64,000 bases of DNA from Candidatus Latescibacterota bacterium (GCA_964291625.2 OZ220089.1:3264001-3328000), one strand, 5' to 3'; shown: positions 37,783 to 46,883, counted from the first letter of the stretch. The notes: a model not told the origin generated them from the letters alone. Translations and numbers: made by a program.

Positions 37783-39695
37783 ATCTCGCCCGGGTCCCGG
37801 TCCGCCAGGCCAACGAGCGCATCCGCGCCCACGGCGAGGCCGGCGAGGACGTGGAGGTCCTCAACCCCGACGCCCGACACCACATCGGCGTCGGCCTCAC
37901 CTCGCCGATCCGCGTGCGGGTGCGGGGGTCGGCGGGATACTTCTGCGCCGGCCTCTCCGACCAGGCCCGCTTCGAGGTCGACAACAACGTCGGCTGGGGG
38001 CTGGCCGACAACATGTACACCGGGTCGGTGGTAGTCCGCGGCAACGCCGGCGCCATCGCCGGGGTCGCCGTCCGCGGCGCCGAGGTCGTGGTCCACGGCA
38101 ACCTCGGCTCCCGCGCCGGACAGGTGATGAAGGCCGGCACCCTGTGCTGCGCCGGCAACGCCAACTTCATGGCCGGCTACATGATGTACGGGGGGCGCAT
38201 CATCCTCCTCGGCGACTCGGGGGAGCGCGTCGGCGAGGACATGACGGGGGGCGAGATCTTCGTGGGGGGCCAGGTCCGCGACCTCGGCAGCGACGCCGAG
38301 CTGACCGACCTGGACGACGGCGACGACGATGGCGTGCGCGAGTTCCTCGACCGCTGGGAGATCCCCTTCCGCGGGTCGCTGCGGAAGATCGTCAACGCCG
38401 GCACGAAGCTGCGCTACGCCACCGAGGAGCCCCAGGTGCGCAGCATTCCCTTCTTCACCTACTCGCGGGACTCGGAGTACTGGAACCCCAAGGTGCAGGA
38501 GGACGTGCACGTCAAGTCGCGCATCGGCCGCTACCGGATCCGCGGCTACGGGGCGGCGCGGCCCCTGCCGCACCTGGCGGACCTCGGCTTCCGCGCCGAC
38601 CTGGGCGCCGCCGGCCGGGCGGAGGACGTGGTCTCCCGGGTCCAGATGCGCACCGAGATCGGCGGCCTCAACGGCGCCGAGCCCCTGAAGCTGAGCATGC
38701 CGGTCATGATCGCGCCCATGAGCTACGGCGCCATCAGCCGCTCGACGAAGCAGGCCGTGGCCATGGCCTCGGCCATGTCCGACATCGCCGAGAACACCGG
38801 CGAGGGCGGCATGAGCGACGCCCAGAGGGACGCGGCCAAGCAGTTGATCTTCCAGTGCCTGGGGGGCCGCCTGGGCTGGAACATCCACGACATGAAGCGC
38901 GCCGACGGCCTGGAGATCTACATCTCCCAGGGGGCCAAGCCCGGCCTCGGCGGCCAGCTGATGGCCAAGAAGGTGACGCCGGAGCTGGCGGCGATCCGCG
39001 GCATCCCGGCGGGCATCGACCTGCGCTCGCCGTCGCGCCACCCGGACATCCTCGGCGCCGACGACCTGGTGATCAAGATCGAGGAGTTCCGCGAGGCCAC
39101 GGGCTACCGCAAGCCGGTGAGCGTCAAGCTCGGCGCCGGGCGGGTGCGCGACGACATCAAGATCGCCGTCAAGGACGGCTTCGACTTCGTCGAGCTCGAC
39201 GGCATGCAGGGGGCCACCGGCGCCGGCAGCGGCGAGGTCATCGACCACGTGGGCATCCCCACCCTGCCGGCGATCATCGAGGCCCTGGAGGCGCTCGAGG
39301 AGATCGGCCGCCGCCAGGACATCGAGGTCGTCCTCATGGGCGGCCTGCGGGACGGCATCGACGCGGTGAAGGCCCTCTGCCTCGGGGCGGACGCCGCCGC
39401 CTTCGGCACCTCGGTGCTCATCGCCGGCGGCTGCATCGCCTGCATGCAGTGCCACGTGGGCCAGTGCGTCACCGGCATCGCCACCCAGGACCCGGAGCAC
39501 GAGAAGCGCTACGAGCCGGCCGTGGAGGCGCGCAACATCCACCGCTTCCTGGAGACCGTGCGCTGGCAGATCGCGGCCCTGACCCACGCCATGGGCTACT
39601 CCAGCACCCGCGAGCTGAACCGCGGCGACCTCGTGGCCCTGACGCCGGAGGCCGCCGAGATCACCGGCCTGCCGCTGGCGCCCGGACCGGGCTGA
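37770..39695 (+). CDS. Fused MgsB (GXGXG beta-helix) - MgsC (FMN glutamate-synthase barrel)
   Basis: N-terminal GSAGYFCAG, GNAG, MKAG and GGEIFVGG repeats; then APMSYGA, NTGEGGM, SQGAKPGLGG, LRSPSRHPD, DGMQGATGA, CIACMQCHVGQC. Confidence 0.88.
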   Translation: MVQVDLARVPVRQANERIRAHGEAGEDVEVLNPDARHHIGVGLTSPIRVRVRGSAGYFCAGLSDQARFEVDNNVGWGLADNMYTGSVVVRGNAGAIAGVAVRGAEVVVHGNLGSRAGQVMKAGTLCCAGNANFMAGYMMYGGRIILLGDSGERVGEDMTGGEIFVGGQVRDLGSDAELTDLDDGDDDGVREFLDRWEIPFRGSLRKIVNAGTKLRYATEEPQVRSIPFFTYSRDSEYWNPKVQEDVHVKSRIGRYRIRGYGAARPLPHLADLGFRADLGAAGRAEDVVSRVQMRTEIGGLNGAEPLKLSMPVMIAPMSYGAISRSTKQAVAMASAMSDIAENTGEGGMSDAQRDAAKQLIFQCLGGRLGWNIHDMKRADGLEIYISQGAKPGLGGQLMAKKVTPELAAIRGIPAGIDLRSPSRHPDILGADDLVIKIEEFREATGYRKPVSVKLGAGRVRDDIKIAVKDGFDFVELDGMQGATGAGSGEVIDHVGIPTLPAIIEALEALEEIGRRQDIEVVLMGGLRDGIDAVKALCLGADAAAFGTSVLIAGGCIACMQCHVGQCVTGIATQDPEHEKRYEPAVEARNIHRFLETVRWQIAALTHAMGYSSTRELNRGDLVALTPEAAEITGLPLAPGPG

Positions 39696-39699
39696 CCCC

Positions 39700-42237
39700 A
39701 TGGCCGTCTACGATCTGCTGCGCATCGAGATGCCGGACGCGCCGCCCGGCTTCGCCGACGACACCGGCGACCTCCACTACGTGCCGGCCCCCTGCCAGGT
39801 CGCCTGTCCCGTGGGCACCGACGCGGCCTCCTACATCGGCCTGATCTGGGAGGGGAAGTACGAGGAGGCCTTCGAGGCGATCACGGCGACCAACCCCTTC
39901 AGCTCGATCTGCGGCCGCGTCTGCGACGCCCCCTGCGAGCCCGCCTGCCGGCGCACCGACTCGGACGGCCCGATACAGATCCGCAACCTCAAGCGCTTCG
40001 TCATGGACCGCATCGGCCACCGCTGCGACCCGCCGCCGGTGCCGGTGACGAAGAAGGAAACGGTCGGCATCGTCGGCGCCGGCCCGGCGGGGCTGACCGC
40101 GGCCCACGACCTCGGCGAGGCCGGGTACGCCGTGCACGTCTACGAGATGACGGACCGCCTCGGCGGCATGATGGTCTGGGGGATCCCGGCCTTCCGCCTG
40201 CCGCCGGGGATCATCGACGAGGACATCACGCGCCTGACGCGGCGTTGCCCCGGCCTCGAGGTGCACCTGAACACCGGCCTCGGCCGCGACATCAGCCTGG
40301 CGGAGCTGAAGGAGCGCCACGACGCCGTGCTGCTGGCCATCGGCGCCTGGTGGGGCAAGCCGATGGGGATCCCCGGCGAGGAGCACGAGGGCGTGATCGA
40401 CGGCGTCGGCTGGCTGCGCGAGATCAACGCCGGGGCGCGGCCCCGGCTCCCCAAGAAAGTGGTCGTCGTCGGCGGCGGCGACGTGGCCATGGACGCCTGC
40501 CGCGTCGCCCGGCGGCTGCCCGGCTGCGAGCACGTGCAGGTCCTCTACCGCCGCGGGCCGGAGGAGATCCCGGCGCGCCCCATCGAGCTGGAGGGGGCGA
40601 TCGCCGAGGGCATCGAGTTCGTCTACCACACCCAGCCGGTGGCCGTCGAGCCCCGGGGCGACGGACTCGCCCTCAGGTGCGTGCGCACCGAGCTCGGCGA
40701 GCCCGAGGCCGACGGCCGCCGCCGCCCCGTCAACGTGGCGGGCAGCGAGCACGACTTCGAGTGCGGCCTGGTGATCGCGTCGGTGGGGCAGAAGGGGGTC
40801 TGCGACGAGCTCGACGAGCTGGGCATGATGCGCCCCGACCGCATCGACGCCGACTTCGAGAGCATGCGCACCACCGACCCCAAGGTCTTCGCCGCCGGCG
40901 ACGGCGCCTTCGGCGGCTCGACGATCGTCATCGCCATGCACCACGGGCAGAAGGCCGCCTACTACGTGCGCAACTTCCTCGAGGGCCACGACGAGCCCCT
41001 GCCCTACCGCACCCCCTACCGCACGCGGCGCGTGGAGGTGGCCCAGGACGCCCTGTGGGAGCGGCTGGCCCTGCAGCACCCGGAGTTCCACGGCCTCGGC
41101 CGCGAGCCGGTGACCTTCCCCGAGATCGAGAGCACCTACGACCCGGAGTCGGCCCACAAGGAGGCGGCGCGCTGCTACCGCTGCGACGCCGAGACCGGCA
41201 CCCCCGACTACAGCGTGCAGCACCGCGAGGACCTGTTCTCCATGGCGCGGATGGAGAAGGGCGAGTCCGACAAGCAGCAGGCGATGCTGCGGCGCCGCCT
41301 GGCGCCCCGGGACAACCCCTTCCCCGAGCAGCGGCCGCCGCAGCTGGAGGACCTGGTCTTCCTGCCGGCGAACCTGTCGCGCCTGGTGATCGACCCCTAC
41401 CGCGAGGCCTGCCGCGTCGGCTGCGATCTCGGCGGCTCCCTGGAGCTGGCCCACCCGCTGATGGTCACCGGCTTCGACGGGGCGCCCCGCCAGGTGAAGG
41501 AGGCGGTCGCCACCGGGCTGGCCGAGGCGGAGGCCGTCTACGTGGGGGCGCAGCCCCTGTCCCGGGAGACGGCGGTCACCTGGCTCCAGGTGCTCGGCGA
41601 GGACGGCGCGGAGCCGCGGGCGGAGGCGGCGGGGCTGCTGCGGTTGGTCTCCGGCACCGGGGAGGCGCGACTGCCCGAGCGCTTGCGCGAGGAACAGGTC
41701 ACGGGTCTGGTGGTCTCGCGGCGGGAGCACCTGGAGGCGGCGGTTTCCGCCGCCCTCGAGCAGGACCAGTCCCTGCTGCTGCTCAACGGCCAGGGTCCCG
41801 CGTGGCCCGCCAACGGCTGGGCGGAGCTGGCCGGGGCGCCCGACCTGCGGCTGCTGCGGGATGCCGTGCGCCTGCTGCGGGAACACCGCCGCGAGGGCGA
41901 CGTGGACCTCGTCCACTTCGGCGGGGTCCGCTCCGGCACGGATGCGGCCAAGCTCATCGGCCTGGGCGCCGCGGCCATGGTGATGGGCGTCTCGGCGGGA
42001 CTGGCGGCCGGCGGTCACATTCGGGGCCCGGAGCTGGCCTTCGACGCCGACCTCGGCGCCGAGGAGCGCGCCTCCGCGGTGGCCAACCTGGTCCGCGCCA
42101 ACTGCAGCGAGGCGTCGATGATGGCGCGCTGCTGCGGCAAGACGGTGCTCCACAACATCGAGCCCGAGGACCTGCGGGCCCTGACCCTGGCCACCAGCGA
42201 CAGCACGGGGATTCCGCTGGCGGGGCAGCGGGGGTGA
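39700..42237 (+). CDS. GltD-like Fe-S/FAD NAD(P)H oxidoreductase fused to a degenerate glutamate-synthase FMN domain
   Basis: CQVACP, NPFSSICGRVC..PCE..C, GAGPAG, GIPAFRLP, GGGDVAMD, YRR, FAAGD, EAARCYRC; then LVFLPANLSRLVIDPYRE and GGVRSGTDAAKLIGLGA. Confidence 0.85.
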   Translation: MAVYDLLRIEMPDAPPGFADDTGDLHYVPAPCQVACPVGTDAASYIGLIWEGKYEEAFEAITATNPFSSICGRVCDAPCEPACRRTDSDGPIQIRNLKRFVMDRIGHRCDPPPVPVTKKETVGIVGAGPAGLTAAHDLGEAGYAVHVYEMTDRLGGMMVWGIPAFRLPPGIIDEDITRLTRRCPGLEVHLNTGLGRDISLAELKERHDAVLLAIGAWWGKPMGIPGEEHEGVIDGVGWLREINAGARPRLPKKVVVVGGGDVAMDACRVARRLPGCEHVQVLYRRGPEEIPARPIELEGAIAEGIEFVYHTQPVAVEPRGDGLALRCVRTELGEPEADGRRRPVNVAGSEHDFECGLVIASVGQKGVCDELDELGMMRPDRIDADFESMRTTDPKVFAAGDGAFGGSTIVIAMHHGQKAAYYVRNFLEGHDEPLPYRTPYRTRRVEVAQDALWERLALQHPEFHGLGREPVTFPEIESTYDPESAHKEAARCYRCDAETGTPDYSVQHREDLFSMARMEKGESDKQQAMLRRRLAPRDNPFPEQRPPQLEDLVFLPANLSRLVIDPYREACRVGCDLGGSLELAHPLMVTGFDGAPRQVKEAVATGLAEAEAVYVGAQPLSRETAVTWLQVLGEDGAEPRAEAAGLLRLVSGTGEARLPERLREEQVTGLVVSRREHLEAAVSAALEQDQSLLLLNGQGPAWPANGWAELAGAPDLRLLRDAVRLLREHRREGDVDLVHFGGVRSGTDAAKLIGLGAAAMVMGVSAGLAAGGHIRGPELAFDADLGAEERASAVANLVRANCSEASMMARCCGKTVLHNIEPEDLRALTLATSDSTGIPLAGQRG

Positions 42238-42395
42238 GCTGACCCAACGTCGGTCTGATGTCCGTATATTCGCTTACCGCTTGCACTTGACAGTCAGCCG
42301 TGTCTGTCATGGCGAACCCAGTGCGTGGTCAGGTCCCTTCAACGCTGCCGTGACTGCTTCGAACCCCAATAGTCCGGAGCGAGGATTGGTTCCAG

Positions 42396-43679
42396 ATGCT
42401 CATTGAATTCTCCGTCACCAATTTCAGATCGATCAAGGAGGAGGCTCGCCTCAGCTTGGTGGCCCGTCCCGGCAAGGAACACGAAGAGTCCATCATCACG
42501 GTGGAGAGCCCCGCCGAAGGCGCAAGGCCGATCCGACTTCTTCGCTCGGCCGCGATCTACGGCGCCAACGCAGCGGGCAAGACCAATCTGCTTTGGGGCC
42601 TCAAGACGATGCACGACATCGTGCTACGTGCCTCCGGCAGTGTAGATGAGCTCCCAGTGACCCCGTTCAGGTTCGACCCCGCGTGCAAGACCCAACCGAC
42701 CTCTTTCGAAGTGGTGTGCGTGGCGGAAGGTGTTCGTTACCAGTACGGCTTTTCTGCCACTGCCGAGAAAGTGACCGATGAGTGGCTCTACGCGTGGCCC
42801 AGCGGAAGGCCCCAGACCTGGTTCGAAAGAAGCCGTAGTCGATCGGACAAGCCTGGGCCATGGAAACTAGGCGGGAAGCTCACCGGGGACCGAGAGGTCT
42901 GGAAGAGGGCCACCCGTGCCAACGACCTGTTTCTGTCAACAGCCGTTGCGCTCAACAGCAAGCAACTTCGCCCCATCTTCGACTGGTTTCACAAACGGCT
43001 CCACATCGCCGGAGTCGGCGGATGGCGTCCTGACTTTTCTGTGGATTTCTGTCGAAAGAAGAGCCAGGCAGCCGTAGTCGACTTTCTCAGCGAGGCCGAT
43101 CTCGCGGTTGCTGACATGCGGATTGTTGAGAAGGAGTTCTCTCCCAACATGCTCCCAAAGGGTATGCCGACGAAGCTGAGAGAGAGCATCGCCGAAGCCC
43201 CTGTTGGAGGCAAGACGGTAGATGTCTTTGTGCAGCATCAACCGAGGGGTGGTACACCGGACGAAATGGATATGGACGAGGAGTCTCACGGGACCCAGAA
43301 GATGTTTGCCCTTGCCGGCCCGTGGCTCGACTCCCTTGCCGAGGGCAACGTCATTGTCTTCGATGAGTTGCATGAACACTTGCATCCGCAATTGGTCCGA
43401 TTCCTTGTCGGCCGGTTCCACGATCCTTCAGCCAATCCTCGCGGTGCACAGCTCGTCTTCACGACGCACGATACGTCCATTCTCGATCGGGACGTGTTTC
43501 GGGTTGATCAGATTTGGCTCTGCGAGCGCAATGAGCGCCTCGAGACAACGATTTTCCCGCTGAGTGATTTCCGGCCTCGCAAGGGAGTCAAGAGTCTGGG
43601 AAGGGCATATCTGTCCGGACGATTCGGAGCGCTTCCGTACATCCCTGGGTCCAGCCGTCAGGTATCCAATTCAGACTGA
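42396..43679 (+). CDS. RloA/AbiLi-like AAA_21 ABC ATPase
   Basis: IYGANAAGKTN, ESHGTQK, FDELHEHLHP, QLVFTTHD, YLSGRFGA; lower GC. Confidence 0.88.
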   Translation: MLIEFSVTNFRSIKEEARLSLVARPGKEHEESIITVESPAEGARPIRLLRSAAIYGANAAGKTNLLWGLKTMHDIVLRASGSVDELPVTPFRFDPACKTQPTSFEVVCVAEGVRYQYGFSATAEKVTDEWLYAWPSGRPQTWFERSRSRSDKPGPWKLGGKLTGDREVWKRATRANDLFLSTAVALNSKQLRPIFDWFHKRLHIAGVGGWRPDFSVDFCRKKSQAAVVDFLSEADLAVADMRIVEKEFSPNMLPKGMPTKLRESIAEAPVGGKTVDVFVQHQPRGGTPDEMDMDEESHGTQKMFALAGPWLDSLAEGNVIVFDELHEHLHPQLVRFLVGRFHDPSANPRGAQLVFTTHDTSILDRDVFRVDQIWLCERNERLETTIFPLSDFRPRKGVKSLGRAYLSGRFGALPYIPGSSRQVSNSD

Positions 43680-43682
43680 GCG

Positions 43683-44318
43683 ATGGCGCCACGCAGACGT
43701 CGCCATCGCCGGCAGATTCAGCGAAGAGGCCCCCAGCGGGAGCCTTACGATAGAGTGCTTGTGGTGTGTGAGGGCAAGAAGACCGAGCCGACGTATTTCA
43801 AGTCCCTGATACGCCGATTGCGTCTGAGTACCGCGAACGTCGAGGTCGAGGGAAGCGGCTCGGATCCCAGCCAGTTGGTAGAGAAGGCAAAGAGCCTCAG
43901 GAACAAGGAACAGCGACGGGGCGAGCGATACGACGCAGTCTATTGCGTCTTTGACAAAGACGAACATGCGCATTTCGCTGAGGCATCCGATGCAGCGAAA
44001 TCGGCCAACCTGAAGTTGGCTCGCTCTTGGCCGTGCTTCGAATTCTGGCTTCTGCTGCACTTCCTCTATAGTCGCAAGCCCTATGTGCGATCGGGCGACA
44101 GATCCCCGGCGCAGAACTGCGTGAGGGACCTGAGGAAGCACATGCCAAACTACGCGAAGGGAGACGCAGGCGTGTTCGAAGAGTTGGAGGACCGCCTGGA
44201 AACCGGGAATTCCAACGCGAGGCTTGCGCTGGCAGACGCGGAGGCAACAGGGGAGAGAAACCCCTCAACGGAGGTTCATTGCCTCATCGCGTACCTTCAG
44301 GCCCTCAAGGGCAATTGA
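43683..44318 (+). CDS. rloB: RloB/AbiLii-like TOPRIM protein
   Basis: VCEGKKTEPTYF, CVFDKD, SWPCFEFWLLLHF, NPSTEV. Confidence 0.88.
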   Translation: MAPRRRRHRRQIQRRGPQREPYDRVLVVCEGKKTEPTYFKSLIRRLRLSTANVEVEGSGSDPSQLVEKAKSLRNKEQRRGERYDAVYCVFDKDEHAHFAEASDAAKSANLKLARSWPCFEFWLLLHFLYSRKPYVRSGDRSPAQNCVRDLRKHMPNYAKGDAGVFEELEDRLETGNSNARLALADAEATGERNPSTEVHCLIAYLQALKGN

Positions 44319-44453
44319 TCGAACCAAGTCTCTGTCGATCCATGGGATTGCCCCGATCTGAGTGCCGCCTGGGGCGAGGGCTGTCAATTCAGACGGAGTG
44401 TGTCTCCGGAGGACCGCGAGCTTGACTGGCCCAGGGCGGACGACTGGTCCGAG

Positions 44454-44670
44454 CTAACCGCTGCCGCCGATCTTCTCCCGCCCCTCCAGGAGTTTGGCCA
44501 CCACCTCTTCGATGTCGCCCTCGTCGACGAAGGGCGACAGGATGTACGATTTCAGGGCCACGATAGGCTCGTCGTAGGCGGTGCGCCGGTAGCAGTCGGT
44601 GGAGGAGATGACGACGCCCCGTCCCCTCCCCCCACATCGCCTCGGAGTGCACGTAGTCGAAGACCTTCCC
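44454..44670 (-). pseudogene. Frameshifted C-terminal remnant, probably of a PLP-dependent decarboxylase
   Basis: KVFDYVHSEAMWGEG / frameshift / GVVISSTDCYRRTAYDEPIVALKSYILSPFVDEGDIEEVVAKLLEGREKIGGSG*; host-like codon usage; no 5' part. Confidence 0.55.
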
Positions 44671-44713
44671 TGAGACTCCAGCGGGGGGCGCGGGGATACG
44701 GTACGGCCGCAGG

Positions 44714-46561
44714 TCAGCGCAGGAAGAGCAGCTTGCGCGTCTCCTTCACTGCACCCGTCTCCAGGCGGTAGAGATAGACGCCGCCGGCGACCGGGCGTCC
44801 GTGCTGGTCGCGGCCGTCCCAGGAAACCTCGCCGTAGCCGGCGGCGACCGGACCGTCGATCAGGGTTCGGACCCTCTGGCCCTGCAGGTTGTAGATGTGC
44901 AGGGTCGCCCTGGCGTCGCGGGGAGCCACGAAAGGCAGGACCGTGCTCCCGTTGAAGGGGTTGGGGTAGTTCTGGAGGAGGGTCCAGTCCGAGGGCGTTG
45001 AGGCCGGGGCGTCAGCGGTCCCGATGGCGGTGATGATGTCGGGCGGTCCCGAGGTGCGGAGTTGCTCCACGGTGAGCGCCGCTGGTTCGACGAAGGGCAT
45101 CGGCCACCCGCCGTCGACGAGGGGTTTGGAGCGGACCTCCCGCCCGTCGGACAGGGTGACGACCAGTTCCCACTCCTCGATCGGGGTCTCCGGGTCGCCG
45201 CCGCAGTCCCAGCGGGCGTCGGCGAAGCGGATGTTGTCCACCGCGGGCAGGTCGGGGTTGTAGTCGAACATGGGGTCCACCGTCATCTCGTCGGCCGAGA
45301 GGGTGGTGTAGAGCCGGGTGAGATAGGGTTTCTCGTCGAAGAGCCGGCCCACCTCTTCCAGCGGCTCTACGACGATCCGCTGCAGGTCGTCGGCCAGGGC
45401 GTCGGGATCGAAGGGGAGATCGCCGGTCCAGCGGTCGTAGGCGCGCATGTTGTTGTAGAAGGAGCGCTCGGCGATGTCGAGGAGCCGGCCCTCCTCCCGG
45501 GCGCGGTCGTAGGCTTCGCGGTCGCCGCCGAAGACGACATCGAGCACCCCTTCGTCGAGCACGGCGTCCGACATGGGGATGTGGCGGCGGATCAGGGTCT
45601 GCATCTGGGTGTCGCGGGGGAATCCCTGGGCGAGGGCGGCGTCGAGGAAGTCGGCGGGATGGGTCTTCCCGCGCAGCGCCTCCAGATCGAGCTCTCCGAA
45701 GAAGAACTCGCCCACGATGCTGCTCGGCCCGGCGTAGTCGGTGACGAAGGCCTGGCCTCCCGCCTCGTTCGCCGCCTGGGTGACGACCTCGGGGTAGTTG
45801 AAGCCGCCGCTCCACCAGTCGATCAGGGCCTCGTTGATCCGCACGTGCAGGTAGTTCTCCGGGATGGCGCGCCGGTCGGCCAGGACCCATGCGAGGATCC
45901 CGAGGTCGGGCTCGGTGGCCACCGCCGTGAGGCGGATCGGGATGCCCGGCCTCTCGGCGGCGTAGGTCATGGCGATCGGCTGCAGGTCCCCGACCTCGCT
46001 CTCGGCGGCGAGCTTGAGGGCCAGGAAGTAGAAGCCCTCCTCCACGTACGGTGTCAGGAGGGGAACCCCGAGGTCGCCGAGCTGGTAGCCGTTGTCGACG
46101 AGCCAGTCGACGATCGCCTGGGGGTCCTCGGAGGTGATGACCGCCGTGTCGTAGGGGCCCACCTGTTCCTGGAGGACCACCTCTACTTCCCCTCCCTCCT
46201 CGTCGAGGGCGGTGGGGACGGAGGCCCTCGTGAAGGCGATGGGGAAGCCGCAGTCGTCCTCCTGGAAGTTCAACCGGAAGCCGGGCCGGGTGGTCCACTG
46301 CAGCTGCGTGAAGATCTGGTTGTGGCTCACGGCCAGCTCCGGCACCGCGGGCACCGGCAGGATCCAGGCGAAGTCGGAGGCCGCGCCGCTGTAGAGGAGC
46401 TGCAGGTGGGTGGTGACCGTGCCCTCCCCCTGGACGAAGAGGATGTTCTCGGCCACCTGGTTCATGGGGAAGGTGGTGCAGAAGAAGCCGCCGCAGGCGC
46501 GGGCGGCGGGGGCGCCGAGCAGGAGGGAGAGGAACGCGGCGAGGGGCAGTCTGGCGGTCAT
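44714..46561 (-). CDS. DUF2330 family secreted protein with C-terminal FlgD-Ig domain
   Basis: Signal peptide then ACGGFFC, FAWILPVP, WL..NGY, FLALKL, IPIRLTAVA, LTRLYTTLS..EMTVDP; NYPNPFN...GVYLYRL. Confidence 0.85.
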   Translation of the reverse strand: MTARLPLAAFLSLLLGAPAARACGGFFCTTFPMNQVAENILFVQGEGTVTTHLQLLYSGAASDFAWILPVPAVPELAVSHNQIFTQLQWTTRPGFRLNFQEDDCGFPIAFTRASVPTALDEEGGEVEVVLQEQVGPYDTAVITSEDPQAIVDWLVDNGYQLGDLGVPLLTPYVEEGFYFLALKLAAESEVGDLQPIAMTYAAERPGIPIRLTAVATEPDLGILAWVLADRRAIPENYLHVRINEALIDWWSGGFNYPEVVTQAANEAGGQAFVTDYAGPSSIVGEFFFGELDLEALRGKTHPADFLDAALAQGFPRDTQMQTLIRRHIPMSDAVLDEGVLDVVFGGDREAYDRAREEGRLLDIAERSFYNNMRAYDRWTGDLPFDPDALADDLQRIVVEPLEEVGRLFDEKPYLTRLYTTLSADEMTVDPMFDYNPDLPAVDNIRFADARWDCGGDPETPIEEWELVVTLSDGREVRSKPLVDGGWPMPFVEPAALTVEQLRTSGPPDIITAIGTADAPASTPSDWTLLQNYPNPFNGSTVLPFVAPRDARATLHIYNLQGQRVRTLIDGPVAAGYGEVSWDGRDQHGRPVAGGVYLYRLETGAVKETRKLLFLR

Positions 46562-46752
46562 GGGGGCTCCTTGGCTGATGGTAAGATCGCCGCGGGGGAG
46601 GTCCGTCACCAGTCCAGGGCGAGGTCGTCCCCCCGGAGGTCGATCGAGGGCCGCGGGCGAAGGCGCGGACTCGGCACCGGCGCCCGGCGCCGCAGTGGCC
46701 GCGTGGCGGCGCTGCCCGCCCCCGGCGAGGCACGCGGCCACGGGGTGGAGCC

Positions 46753-46883
46753 AGCGCGGCTCCACGGCGGCGGTGTCCGGCGGCGGGCGCGTACAACTGG
46801 CGCGGCGCTGGTCGCCCCCCGGCGAGGGCCCCCGGCCCGGGTCGGGACTAGCGCGGCTCCGCGGCGGTGGTGTCCGGCGGCGG
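46753..46883. repeat. 34-bp imperfect direct repeat, two copies
   Basis: AGCGCGGCTCC[A/G]CGGCGG[C/T]GGTGTCCGGCGGCGG at 46753-46786 and 46850-46883. Confidence 0.75.

Noticed and set aside
42287-44387. TTGACAG...CTGTCAA as terminal inverted repeats of a mobile element
   Set aside because: Only 7 bp match, with no transposase or target-site duplication.
46753-46883. Possible mini-CRISPR
   Set aside because: Only two copies, a 63-nt spacer, one copy is coding, and there are no cas genes.
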